Shown: in pieces, positions 24,628-38,078 of the stretch
How positions within the stretch are numbered: position 1 is the stretch's first letter
How the letters are laid out: the number at the start of each line of letters is the position of its first letter
NCBI GenBank assembly: GCA_036785375.1
Contig: JAWMAR010000471.1
Coordinates: 186,001-250,000 of the forward strand
Length of the DNA stretch: 64,000 bases
Direction: 5' to 3'
Source of the DNA: Leucoraja ocellata
Taxonomy: Eukaryota
Program-made: the position numbers and the translations under genes
Notes under the pieces: generated by a model
Databases searched by the model: none
What the model saw: the letters and a program-made list of their open reading frames with translations, nothing else
What the model was told of the DNA's origin: nothing

Positions 24628-25434
24628 CACGGTGGCGCAGAATTGGGCTGAGCCTGTACAAAAACAATCAGAGATCCCCGTCAGTTTGCAGCGCGTTTGT
24701 CCGCATCGGCGCGCCCTCGCTGAATGCTGCACCCGTCCCAACGCCAATGTGTTTGCTGTCATTAATACACGATTTTTAAATATTTAAAAAACCCCATTAT
24801 AATTGGGTTGAAGAATAGCTTCTAACAAACAAATATTAGGCTTTTGAGCCCTACACCGCACTAAAAGATGAACTGTGGAATGTATTCGGTTGCATTAAGC
24901 ACTTCATGCATCTTATGCACATGGACCTAGTTGTTAATTTATTGAATTTTGTTTATTACAAGGAGTTTGGGACTTTTGCCTTCCATCACAGTGAGGAGGT
25001 GCCTGTTGGACTCACTGTGGTGGATGTTAAAACTGTTTTGAGTGTGTGTTTTTATTCTATGTTATGGCTGCTCGGTTAAACCATTTCGTTGTACTATAAA
25101 TGTGCAATGACAATAAAGTTGAATCTAAACTAATCTAATCTAATGATATATTGTACTTCCGGCCTTGCCCCTCCTGTGACGTAATAGGACCAGTAAACAA
25201 AGGAGGTGTGAGATGATTGGGCGACAAAAGCAGTGATGTGATTGGCGGAATTAAGAAACTGAGTGAATTCGGGGAGTTGGAGAACAAATTAGCTCCGCGC
25301 CGACGGGATGTGACGCTGTCAAGAATAAGCCAATGAATGAAGAGCCTAGACCACAGCACTTTTACAATATCAGATTAAACCTGTTTCCGGGTGAGACCAT
25401 TTCAGTTCATATTCACTCTCAATGCAATTACAAC

Positions 25435-26293
25435 ATGCTGGCCTTGACAATGTATTGGCTTCTTACAGCTGTAGCTCTCTTAACTGGTAAGTTCACCACG
25501 TTTCCAATCATGTAGGGCACGATATTTAATCAACCAAGTACGTTGAATGCAACACAACGACTTTAGAAAGGGAGTCCGTATGACGACAGTAAACGCAGAG
25601 CACGTTAGGAAAAAAGATGCCGTTTCACAGTAATTGATGTTCGGAAATTCGAGATGAGTTTCCAGGTTAATTGTGGGAAAGCAGCGCCAATGGAGAAGCA
25701 TCGTAGAGTTAGAACACACCGGTGGTTCACGCACGAGTGATCTACGATTCCCTTTTTCCCACCTCGGAAGGAGTATCGACGTCCAATCCGATGGAACCGG
25801 TTGGATTATCTTTAAAGATAAATTTAGTCGGTAATTCCCAGCGTCTTTCCGCCCATCTTTATTTAGCTTTTGGGAGAGGGGTATGTTTGATGTCATTGTA
25901 TCTCATATCAGTATCAGGATGAGTGGTATTCTGAAGTATGAGCTGAATTAGGTGATGGTGTGTTATTTATCCCCGGACTCTTGCAGGGAATTGTCGAGGC
26001 GACGCCGTTTCTCAGTCATCGGCAGCGGTTACAGTGAGTGAAGGGGATGATACAAAATTGAGCTGCAACTATACAGTTACAAGCACGGGCAGCTCTGGAC
26101 TAATCTGGTACCGTCAGTATCCCGGCGGATCCCTTGAGTTTCTGCTGCTCAGAACGACATACAAAGGCGGCGAGAAGAACAATGCCGGGGACCGTTTTTC
26201 TGCTGAGCTCAAACATTCGACAGGAACGGTCCCGCTGACGGTGTCTCAAACACGGCTCCGAGACTCGGCGATATATTACTGCGCTCTGAACCC
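25435..26293 (+). CDS. V14: TCR alpha/delta-like V segment (V exon 25987-26293), same translation as V13
   Basis: Open frame. RSS 26294-26332. Confidence 0.9.
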
Positions 26294-27100
26294 CACGGTG
26301 GCGCAGAATTGGGCTGAGCCTGTACAAAAACAATCAGAGATCCCCGTCAGTTTGCAGCGCGTTTGTCCGCATCGGCGCGCCCTCGCTGAATGCTGCACCC
26401 GTCCCAACGCCAATGTGTTTGCTGTCATTAATACACGATTTTTAAATATTTAAAAAACCCCATTATAATTGGGTTGAAGAATAGCTTCTAACAAACAAAT
26501 ATTAGGCTTTTGAGCCCTACACCGCACTAAAAGATGAACTGTGGAATGTATTCGGTTGCATTAAGCACTTCATGCATCTTATGCACATGGACCTAGTTGT
26601 TAATTTATTGAATTTTGTTTATTACAAGGAGTTTGGGACTTTTGCCTTCCATCACAGTGAGGAGGTGCCTGTTGGACTCACTGTGGTGGATGTTAAAACT
26701 GTTTTGAGTGTGTGTTTTTATTCTATGTTATGGCTGCTCGGTTAAACCATTTCGTTGTACTATAAATGTGCAATGACAATAAAGTTGAATCTAAACTAAT
26801 CTAATCTAATGATATATTGTACTTCCGGCCTTGCCCCTCCTGTGACGTAATAGGACCAGTAAACAAAGGAGGTGTGAGATGATTGGGCGACAAAAGCAGT
26901 GATGTGATTGGCGGAATTAAGAAACTGAGTGAATTCGGGGAGTTGGAGAACAAATTAGCTCCGCGCCGACGGGATGTGACGCTGTCAAGAATAAGCCAAT
27001 GAATGAAGAGCCTAGACCACAGCACTTTTACAATATCAGATTAAACCTGTTTCCGGGTGAGACCATTTCAGTTCATATTCACTCTCAATGCAATTACAAC

Positions 27101-27959
27101 ATGCTGGCCTTGACAATGTATTGGCTTCTTACAGCTGTAGCTCTCTTAACTGGTAAGTTCACCACGTTTCCAATCATGTAGGGCACGATATTTAATCAAC
27201 CAAGTACGTTGAATGCAACACAACGACTTTAGAAAGGGAGTCCGTATGACGACAGTAAACGCAGAGCACGTTAGGAAAAAAGATGCCGTTTCACAGTAAT
27301 TGATGTTCGGAAATTCGAGATGAGTTTCCAGGTTAATTGTGGGAAAGCAGCGCCAATGGAGAAGCATCGTAGAGTTAGAACACACCGGTGGTTCACGCAC
27401 GAGTGATCTACGATTCCCTTTTTCCCACCTCGGAAGGAGTATCGACGTCCAATCCGATGGAACCGGTTGGATTATCTTTAAAGATAAATTTAGTCGGTAA
27501 TTCCCAGCGTCTTTCCGCCCATCTTTATTTAGCTTTTGGGAGAGGGGTATGTTTGATGTCATTGTATCTCATATCAGTATCAGGATGAGTGGTATTCTGA
27601 AGTATGAGCTGAATTAGGTGATGGTGTGTTATTTATCCCCGGACTCTTGCAGGGAATTGTCGAGGGGACGCCGTTTCTCAGTCATCGGCAGCGGTTACAG
27701 TGAGTGAAGGGGATGATACAAAATTGAGCTGCAACTATACAGTTACAAGCACGGGCAGCTCTGGACTAATCTGGTACCGTCAGTATCCCGGCGGATCCCT
27801 TGAGTTTCTGCTGCTCAGAACGACATACAAAGGCGGCGAGAAGAACAATGCCGGGGACCGTTTTTCTGCTGAGCTCAAACATTCGACAGGAACGGTCCCG
27901 CTGACGGTGTCTCAAACACGGCTCCGAGACTCGGCGATATATTACTGCGCTCTGAACCC
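27101..27959 (+). CDS. V15: TCR alpha/delta-like V segment (V exon 27653-27959), same V translation as V13/V14
   Basis: Open frame. RSS 27960-27998 with CACGGAG. Confidence 0.9.
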
Positions 27960-28781
27960 CACGGAGGCGCAGAATTGGGCTGAGCCTGTACAAAAACAAT
28001 CAGAGATCCCCGTCAGTTTGCAGCGCGTTTGTCCGCATCGGCGCGCCCTCGCTGAATGCTGCACCCGTCCCAACGCCAATGTGTTTGCTGTCATTAATAC
28101 ACGATTTTAAATATTTAAAAAACCCCATTATAATTGGGTTGAAGAATAGCTTCTAACAAACAAATATTAGGCTTTTGAGCCCTACACCGCACTAAAAGAT
28201 GAACTGTGGAATGTATTCGGTTGCATTAAGCACTTCATGCATCTTATGCACATGGACCTAGTTGTTAATTTATTGAATTTTGTTTATTACAAGGAGTTTG
28301 GGACTTTTGCCTTCCATCACAGTGAGGAGGTGCCTGTTGGACTCACTGTGGTGGATGTTAAAACTGTGTTGAGTGTGTGTTTTGTTATTTTATTTTATGT
28401 TATGACAGCTCGGTTAAACCATTTCGTTGTACTGTAAATGTGCAATGACAATAAAGTCGAATCTAATCTAATCTAATCTAATCTAATCTAATTATATATT
28501 GTACTTCCGGCCTTGCCCCTCCTGTGACGTCATGGAACAGAAAACAAAGGAGGTTTGAGATGATTAGGCAACAAAAGCAGTGATGTGATTGGCGGAATTA
28601 AGATACTGAGTGAATTCAGGGAGTTGGAGAACAAAGTAGCTCCGCGCCGACGGGATGTGACGTTGTCAAGAATAAGCCAATGAATGAAGATCCTAGACCA
28701 CACCCCTTTCACAATATCAGATTAAACCTATTTCCGGGTGAGACCATTTTAGTTCATATTCACTCTCAATGCAATTACAAC

Positions 28782-29640
28782 ATGCTGGCCTTGACAGTGT
28801 ATTGGCTTCTTACAGCTGCAGCTCTCTTAACCGGTAAGTTCACCACCTTTCCAACAATGTACGCCACGATATTTAATCAACCAAATACCTTGAATGCAAC
28901 GCAACGACTTTAGAAAGGGAGTCCGTATGAGGACAGTAAACGCAGAGCACATTAGCAAAAAAAGTTGCAGTTTCACAATAATTGATGTTCGGAAATTCGA
29001 GGTGAGTTTCCAGGTTAATTGTTGGAAAGCAGCCCCGACGGAGAAGCATCGTAGAGTCAGAACACACCGGTGGTTCACGCACGAGTGATCTACGATTCCC
29101 TTTTCCCTCCCCGGAAGCAATAACGACGTCTAGTCCGATGTAACGGGTTGGATTATCATTAAAGATACATGTATTCGGTAATTCCCAGCGCCTTCCCGCC
29201 CATCTTTATTTAGCTTTTGGAGGAGGGGTATGTTTGATGTCATTGTATCTCATATCAGTATCAGGATGAGGGGTATTCTGAAGTATGAGCTGAATTAGGT
29301 GATGTTGTATTATTTTCCCCCGGACACTTGCAGGGAATTGTCGAGGCGACACCGTTTCTCAGACACCGGCAGCGGTTACAGTGAGTGAAGGGGAGAATGC
29401 AAAATTGAACTGCAACTATACAGGTACAAGCTTGAATAATCTTGGACTAATCTGGTACCGTCAGAATCCCGGCGGATCCCTTGAGTTTCTGCTGCTCAGA
29501 ACGACATACAAAGGCGGCGAGAAGAACAATGCCGGGCACCGTTTTGCTGCGGAGCTCAACCATTCGAAAGGAACGGTCCCGCTGACGGTGTCACAAACGC
29601 GGCTCCGAGACTCGGCGATGTATTACTGCGCTCTGAACTC
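28782..29640 (+). CDS. V16: TCR alpha/delta-like V segment (V exon 29334-29640)
   Basis: Open frame. RSS 29641-29679 with CACGGAG. Confidence 0.9.
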
Positions 29641-30455
29641 CACGGAGACGCAGAATTGGGCTGAGCCTGTACAAAAACTACAAGTGCACCCACTGACGTA
29701 TCACCCCGTAAGCACAACTTTCTCAGCATCGGCGCGTCCTCGTAGTTGCTGCACCCGTCCCAACGCCAGTGTGTTTTGCTGTCATTAATACACGATTTTT
29801 AAATATTAAAAAAAACCCATGATAGTTGGCTTGAAGAATAGCTTCTAACAAACAAATATTAGTTTTTTGAGCCCTACACCGCACTAAAAGATGAACTATG
29901 AAATGTATTCGCTTACATTAAGCACTTCATGCATCTTATGCACATGGACCTAGTTGTAAATTTATTGAATTTTGTTTATTACAAGGACTTTGGGACTTTT
30001 GCCTTCCATCCCCGTGAGGAGGTGTCTGTTGGACTCACTGTGGTGGATGTTAAAACTGTGTTGAGTGTGTGTTTTGTTATTTTATTCTATGTTATGACAG
30101 CTCGGTTAAACCATTTCGTTGTACTGTAAATGTGCAATGACAATAAAGTTGAATCTAATCTAATCTAATCTAATTATATATTGTACTTCCGGTCTTGCCC
30201 CTCCTGTGACGCCCTTGAACAGAAAAGACAGGACGTTTGAAATGATTGGGCAACAAAAGCTGTGATGTGATTGGCAGAATTAAGAGACTTCGGGGAGCTG
30301 GTGAACAAATTAGCTCAGCGCTGACGGGACGTGACGCTGTCAAGAATAATCCAATGAATGAAGAGCCTAGACCACAGCTCTTTTACAATACCAGATTAAA
30401 CCTGCTTCCGGGTGAGACCATTTCAGTTCATATTCACTCTCAATGCAATTACAAC

Positions 30456-31311
30456 ATGCTGGCCTTGACAATGTATTGGCTTCTTACAGCTGCAGCTCTC
30501 TTAACCGGTAAGTTCACCACGTTTCCAATAATGTAGGGCACGATATTTAATCAACGAAGTACCTTGAATGCAACACAATGACTTTAGAAAGGGAGTCCGT
30601 ATGAGGCCAGTAAACGCAGAACACATTCGGAGAAAAGATAGTTTCTCAGTAATTGATGTTCGGAAATTTGAGGTGAATTTCCAGGTTAATTGTTGGAAAG
30701 CAGCGCCGACGGAGAAGCATCGTAGAGTTAGAGCACGCTGGTGGTCCCCGTACGAGTGATCTACGATTTCACCCTTCCTCCCCGGAACCAATGACGACGT
30801 CCAGTCCGATGAAACGGGTTGGATTATCTTTAAAGATCAATTTATTCGCTAATTCCCAGCGCCTTTCTGCCCATCTTAATTTAGCTTTTAGAGGAGCGGT
30901 ATGTTTGATGTCATTGTACCTCATATCAGTATCAGGATGAGGGGTATTTTGAAGTATGAGCTGAATTAGGTGATGTTGTGTTATTTATCCCCGGTCTCTT
31001 GCAGGGAATTGTCAAGGCGACGCCGTTTCCCAGACACCGGCAGCGTTTGCAGTGAGTGAAGGGGAGGATACAAAATTGAGCTGCAACTATACAGCTGCAA
31101 GCTTGAACAATCCTGGTCTTATCTGGTACCGTCAGTATCCCGGCGGCCCTCTTGAGTTTCTGCTGCTCAGAACGAAATACGAAGTCGCCCCGAAGAACAA
31201 TGCCGGTGAACGCTTCTCTGCGGAGCTCGACCATTTGACAGGAACGTTCCCGCTGACGGTGTCACAAACGCGGCTCCGAGACTCGGCGATGTATTACTGC
31301 GCTCTGAGCCC
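30456..31311 (+). CDS. V17: TCR alpha/delta-like V segment (V exon 31005-31311)
   Basis: Open frame, CDR2 region TKYEVAPK. RSS 31312-31350 with CACGGAG. Confidence 0.9.
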
Positions 31312-31675
31312 CACGGAGGCGCAGAATTGGGCTGAGCCCGTACAAAAACTCCAAGCGCACCCAGTCACGTATCAGCGCGTAAGCAGAAATGTGTCAACGT
31401 CGGCCCTTCCTCGCTGAATGCAGCATCCGTCCCACCGCCTGTATGTACCAGCAGCTTCTCATATTTAAACATTAGGTCCCTGGACAATACACAACAGTAA
31501 CAGATGAGCAATTAACTGTCTTCGGTTGCACTAAGCACTTCATGCCTTTCGTGTACATGAATGTTGTTGTTTATTTATTGAATTTTGTTTATTGTATATT
31601 ATATTTCAGTCCTTGCCCCCTCCTGTGACGTCATGGAGCAGAAAACAAAGGCGGTTTGAGATGATTGGGCAACAA

Positions 31676-32041
31676 CAGGAAGCGAGCGGGCAATATCACC
31701 TCTGACCACTCTCACCCTGGCTACAAGCTATTTGAATGACTTCCCTCAGGAAGGCGACTCCAGACTCTCAAAGCTGCCACAGCAAGACATAAAAACAGTT
31801 TTTATCCACGAGTAGTTACTCTACTCAACAGCCAAACATCTGTAGCCTCCCTTTGATCTGGTATTTTGTTGGTTCACATGCTTGATCAATGGTGTTTTAT
31901 CATGAATGTTTTACTATTATCAATGTTTAGTGTTTTCTGCCTCATTCGTAACTGTCACTGTATGTTATGTTGTTACTTGTGGGCGGAGCTCCAAGGCATA
32001 TTCCTTGTATTTGAATACTTGGCCAATAAACTTACTTACTT
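31676..32041 (+). mobile_element. Spacer element B copy
   Basis: Same sequence and insertion point. Confidence 0.85.
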
Positions 32042-32250
32042 ACAAAAGCAGTGATGTGATTGGCGGAATTAAGAAACTCAGTGAATTCGGGGGGTTGGAG
32101 AACAAATTAGCTCTGCGCCGACGGGATGTGACGTTGTCAAGAATAAGCCAATGAATGAAGAGCCTAGACCACACACCTTTCACAATATCAGATTAAACCT
32201 GTTTCCGGGTGAGACCATTTCAGTTCATATTCACTCAATGCAATTACAAC

Positions 32251-33114
32251 ATGCTGGCCTTGATAATGTATTGGCTTCTTACAGCTGCAGCTCTCTTAAC
32301 CGGTAAGCTCACCCCGTTTCCAATAATGTAGGGCATGATAGTTATTCAACCAAATACCTTGAATGGAACACAACGACTTTGGAAAATGAGTCCGTCTGAC
32401 GACAGTAAACGCAGAGCACATTGGGAAAAAAGATGCAGTTTCACAGTAATTGATGTACGGAAATTCGAGGTGAGTTTCCAGGTTAATTGTTGGAAAGCAG
32501 CCGCGATGGTGAGGCATCGTAGAGTTAGTACACACCGGTGGTTCACGCACGAGTGATCTACGATTCCCCTCCCCCCCCCCCGAAGCAATAACGGCGTCCA
32601 GGCCGATGGAACGGGTTGGATTATCATTATCTTTAAAGATCAATTTATTCGGTAATTCCCAGCGCCTTTCCGCCCATCTTTATTTAGCTTTTGGAGGAGG
32701 GGTATGTTTGATGTCATTGTACCTCATATCAGTATCACGATGAGGGTTATTCTGAAGTATGAGCTGAATTAGGTGATGTTGTGTTATTTATCCCCGGTCT
32801 CTTGCAGGGAATTGTCGAGGCGACGCCGTTTCTCAGACACCGGCAGCGGTTACAGTGAGTGAAGGGGATGATACAAAATTGAACTGCAACTATGCAGTTA
32901 CAAGCTCGAACAATGCTGGACTAATCTGGTACCGCCAGTATCCCGGCGGATCCCTTGAGTTTCTGCTGCTCATAACGACATACAAAGGCGGCGAGAAGAC
33001 CAACGCCTGGGACCGTTTTTCTGCTGAGCTCAACCATTCGACAGGAACGGTCCCGCTGACGGTGTCACCAACGCGGCTCCGAGACTCGGCGATGTATTAC
33101 TGCGCTCTAAACCC
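32251..33114 (+). CDS. V18: TCR alpha/delta-like V segment (V exon 32808-33114)
   Basis: Open frame. RSS 33115-33153 with CACGGTG. Confidence 0.88.
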
Positions 33115-33425
33115 CACGGTGGCGCAGAATTGGGCTGAGCCTGTACAAAAACTATCAGAGATCCCCGTCAGTTTGCAGCGCGTTTGTCAGCATCGGCGCG
33201 TCCTCGTTGATTGCTGCACCCGTCCCGACGCCAGTGTGCTTGCTGTCATTAATAGACGATTTTTAAGTATTTAAAAAATCACGACAATTGGGTTGAAGAA
33301 TAGCTTCTAACAAACATACATTAGGTTCTAGAACACACCACAGCAACAACAGATGAACTATGCACTGTCTCTGGTTGCATAAAGCGGTTCATACTCTTAT
33401 GCACATGGGCTAGGTTGTTAATTTA

Positions 33426-34475
33426 TAACCTGATAACCGTATAGCAATTATGGCATGGAAACCGGCCATCACAGTCCTTCTAGTCCGAGCCGAAGACTTA
33501 TTCTCACCTCGTCTCATCTGCCTGCACTCAGACCATAACCCTCCATTCCTTTCCTGTCTATATACCTATCCAATGTATTTTTAAATGAAAAAATCGAACC
33601 TGCCTCCACCACTTCCACTGGAAGCTCGTTCCACACAGCCACCACTCTCTGAGTAAAGAAGTTCCCCCTCATGTTACCCCTAAACATCTGCCCTTTAATT
33701 CTCAAATCATGTCCTCGTGTTTGAATATTCCCTACTCTCAGTGGAAAACGCGTATCCACGTCAACTCTGCCTATCCCTCTCATCATTTAAAAAAATCATT
33801 TAGGAGGTACCTCTATCAAGTACCTCCTTAACCTTCAGCGCTCCAAAGAATAAAGACCTAACTTAGGAACATGGAAACATAGAAAATAGGTGCAGGATGA
33901 TGCCATTCGGCCCTTCGAGCCTGCACCGCCATTCAATATGATCATGGCTGATCATCCAACTCAGTATCCTGTACCTGCCTTCTCTCCATACCCCTTGATG
34001 CCTTTAGCCACAAGGGCCACATGCAACTCCCTCTTAAGCATAGCCAATGAACTGGCCTCAACTAACTTCTGTGGCAGAGAATTCCAGAGATTCACCACTC
34101 TCTGTGTGAAAAATGTTTTTCTCATCTCGATCCTAAAATATCCTTCTTATCCTTGAACTGTGACCCCTTGTTCTGGACTTCCCCAACACCGGGAACAATC
34201 TTCCTGCATCTAGCCTGCCCAACCCCTTAAGAATTTTGTAACTTTCTATAAGATCCCCCCTGAATCTTCTAAATTCTAGCGAGTACAAGCCGAGTCTATC
34301 CAGTCTTTCTTCATATGATAGTCCTGACATCCCATGAATCAGTCTGGTGAACCTTCTCTGTACTCCCTCTATGGCAAGAATGTCTTTCCTCAGATTAACA
34401 GATCAAATCTCAAGTGTGGTCACACCAAGACCCTGGACAACTGCAGTAGAACCTCTCTGCTCCTATACTCAAATC
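33426..34475 (-). mobile_element. Spacer element C: two adjacent decayed CR1 3' fragments (about 33426-33864 and 33865-34475)
   Basis: Minus-strand ORFs 33514-33786 (TRGH...FFTQRVVAVWNELP) and 34133-34330 (LSYEERLDRLGLYSLE). The second fragment matches the 3' end of the 3938-6168 LINE. Confidence 0.88.
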
Positions 34476-34865
34476 CCGGCCCAACGCCAGTGTGTTTGCT
34501 GTCATTAAGACACGATTTTTTAATTAAAAAAAACCATGACAATTGGGTTGAAGAATAATTTATTGAATTTTGTTTATTGTACATTGTACTTCAGGCCTTG
34601 CCCCTCCTGTGACGTAATGGAGCAGAAAACAAAGGAGGTTTGAGATGATTGGGCAACAAAAGCAGTGATGTGATTGGCGGAATTGTAAACTGAGTTAATT
34701 CGGGGAGTTGGAGAACAAATTAATTCTGCGCTGAGGAGATGTGACGCTGTCAAGAATAAGCCAATGAATGAAGAGCCTAGACCACACCCCTTTCACAATA
34801 TCAGATTAAACGTGTTTCCGGGTGAGACCATTTCAGTTCATATTCACTCTCAATGTAATTACAAC

Positions 34866-35723
34866 ATGCTGGCCTTGACAATGTATTGGCTTATTACAGC
34901 TGCAGCTATCTTAACCGGTAAGTTCTCCACGTTTCCAATAATGTAATGCGTGATATTTAATCAACCGAATACCTTGAATGCAACACAACGACTTTAGAAA
35001 GGGAGTCCGTATGAGGACAGTAAACATAGAGCACATTATGAAAAAAGATGCAGTTTCACAGTAATTGATGTTCGGAAATTCGAGGTGAGTTTCCAGGTGA
35101 ATTGTTGGAAAGCAACCGCGATGGTGAAGCATCGGAGAATGTGAACACACCGGCGGTTCACGCACGAGTGATCTACGATTTCCCCCTTCCTCCCCGAAAG
35201 CAATAACGACGTCAAGTCCGATGAAACGGGTTGGATTATCATTAAAGATAAATGTGTTCGGTAATTCCCAGTGCCTTTCCGCCCATCTTTATTTAGCTTT
35301 TGGAGGAGGGGTATGTTTGATGTCATTGTATCTCATATCAGTATCAGGATGAGGGGTATTCTGAAGTATGAGCTGAATTAGGTGATGTTGTGTTATTTTC
35401 CTCCGGACTCTTGCAGGGAATTGTCGAGGCGACACCGTTTCTCAGACACCGGCAGCGGTTACAGTGAGTGAAGGGGAGGATACAAAATTGAGCTGCAACT
35501 ATACAGTTGCAAGCACGGGCAGCTCTGGACTAATCTGGTACCGTCAGTATCCCGGCGGATCCCTTGAGTTCCTGCTGCTCAGAACGACATACAAAGGCGG
35601 CGAGAAGAACAATGCCGGGGACCGTTTTTCTGCTGTGCTCAACCATTCGACAGGAACGGTTCCGCTGACGGTGTCACAAACGCGGCTCCGAGACTCGGCG
35701 ATGTATTACTGCGTTCTGAACCC
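34866..35723 (+). CDS. V19: TCR alpha/delta-like V segment (V exon 35417-35723)
   Basis: Open frame. RSS 35724-35762 with CACGGTG. Confidence 0.9.
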
Positions 35724-36535
35724 CACGGTGGCGCAGAATTGGGCTGAGTCTGTACAAAAACTATCAGAGATCCCCGTCAGTTTTCCGTGCGTTTGTCAGC
35801 ATCGGCGCTCCTTTGTTGATTGCTGCACCCGTCCCAAAGCCAGTGTGGTTGCTGTCATTAATACACGATTTTTAAATATTAAAAAACGACCATGATAATT
35901 GGGTTGAAGAATAGCTTCTAACAACAAATATCAGGTTCTTGATCCCTGCACCGCACTAAAAGATGAACTATGAAATGTCTTCGGTTGCATTATGCAATTC
36001 ATGCATCTTATGCCCATGGACCTGGTTGTTAAATTATTGAATTTTGTTTATCACAAGGACTTTGGGATTTTTGCCTTCCATCACAGTGAGGAGGTGCCTG
36101 TTGGACTCACTGTGGTGGATGTTAAAACTGTGTTGAGTGTGTGTTTTGTTATTTTATTCTATGTTATGACAGCTCGGTTAAACCATTTGGTTGTACTGTA
36201 AATATCCAATGACAATAAAGTTGAATCTAATCTAATCTAATCTAATTATATATTGTACTTCCGGCCTTGCCCCTCATGTGACGTAATTGGACCAGAAAAA
36301 AAGGAGGTGTGAGATGATTGGGCAACAAAACTTGTGATGTGATTGGCGGAATTAAGAAACTGAGTGAATTCGGGGAGTTGGAGAACAAATTCGCTCCGAG
36401 CCGACGGGATGTGACGCTGTCAAAAATAAGCCAATGAATGAAGAGCATCGACCACACCCCTTTCACAATATCAGATTAAACCTGTTTCCGGGTGAGACCA
36501 TTTCAGTTCATATTCACTCTCAATGCAATTACAAC

Positions 36536-37270
36536 ATGATGGCCTTGACAATGTATTGGCTTCTTACAGCTGCAGCTCTCTTAACCGGTAAGTTCGCCAC
36601 GTTTCCAATAATGTAGGGCACGATATTTAATCAACCAAATACCTTGAATTGTTGGAAAGCAGCCGCGATGGTGAAGCATCGTAGAGTTAGAACACACCGG
36701 TGGTTCACGCACGAGTGATCTACGATTTCCCCCTTCCTCCCCGGAAGCAATAACTACGTCCAGTCCGATGGAACGGGTTGGATTATCTTTAAAGATACAT
36801 TTATTCGGTAATTCCCAGCGACTTTCCGCCCATCTTTATTTAGCTTTTAGAGGAGGGGTATGTTTGATGCCATTGTACCTCATATCAGTATCAGGATGAG
36901 GGGCATTCTGAAGTATGAGCTGAATTAGGTGATGTTGTGTTATTTATCCCCGGTCTCTTGCAGGGAATTGTCGAGGCGACGCCGTTTCTCAGTCACCGGC
37001 AGCGGTTACAATGAGTGAAGGGGCTGAAACAAAATTGAGCTGCAACTATACAGCTACAAGCACGAACTCTGCTGGACTAATCTGGTACCGTCAGTATCCC
37101 GGCGGATCCCTTGAGTTTCTGCTGCTCAGAACGACATACAAAGGCGGCGAGAAGAACAATGCCGGGGACCGTTTTTCTGCTGAGCTCAACCATTCGACAG
37201 GAACGGTCCCGCTGACGGTGTCACAAACGCGGCTCCGAGACTCGGCGACGTATTACTGCGCTCTGAACCC
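36536..37270 (+). CDS. V20: TCR alpha/delta-like V segment (V exon 36964-37270; shortened intron)
   Basis: Open frame, close to V9. RSS 37271-37309. Confidence 0.9.
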
Positions 37271-38078
37271 CACGGTGGCTCAGAATTGGGCTGATCCTGT
37301 ACAAAAACTATCAGAGATCCCCGTCAGTTTGCAGCGCGTTTGTCAGCATCGGCGCGCCCTTGTTGATTGCTGCACCCGTCCCAACGCCAGTGTGTTTGCT
37401 GTCATTAATACACGATTTTTAAATATTAAAAACCCCCCTGGAAATTGGGTTGAAGAATAGCTTCTAACAAACAAATATTAGGTTTTTGAGCCCTACACCG
37501 CAATAAAAGATGAACTATGAAATGTAGTCGCTTGCATTAAGCACTTCATGAATCTTATGCACATGGACCTAGTTGTTAATTTATTGAATTTTGTTTATTA
37601 CAAGGACTTTGGAACTTTTGCCTTCCATCACAGTGAGGAGGTGCCTGTTGGACTCACTGTGGTGGATGTTAAAACTGTGTTGAGTGTGTGTTTTGTTATT
37701 TTATTCTATGTTATGACAGTTCGGTTAAACCATTTCGTTGTACTGTAAATGTGCAATGACAATAAAGTTGAATCTAATCCAATCTAATTAAATATTGTAC
37801 TTCCGGCCTTGCCCCTACTGTGACGTAATTGGACCAGAAAACAAAGGAGGTGTGAGATGATTGGGCAACAAAAGTTGTGATGTGATTGGAGGAATTAAGA
37901 AACTGAGTGAATTCGGGGAGTTGGAGAACAAATTAACTCCGCGCCGATGGGATGTTACGTTGTCAAGAATAAGCCAATGAATGAAGAACATCGACCACAC
38001 CCCTTTCACAATATCAGATGAAACGTGTATCCGGGTGAGACCATTTCAGTTCATATTCACTCTCAATGCAATTACAAC

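Larger units (their letters stand above)
23330..28330 (+). repeat. Near-identical triplication of one unit, period 1666 bp (boundaries approximate)
   Basis: ORF starts 23667/25333/26999 and 24368/26034/27700 differ by exactly 1666, and the V translations are identical. Confidence 0.93.
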
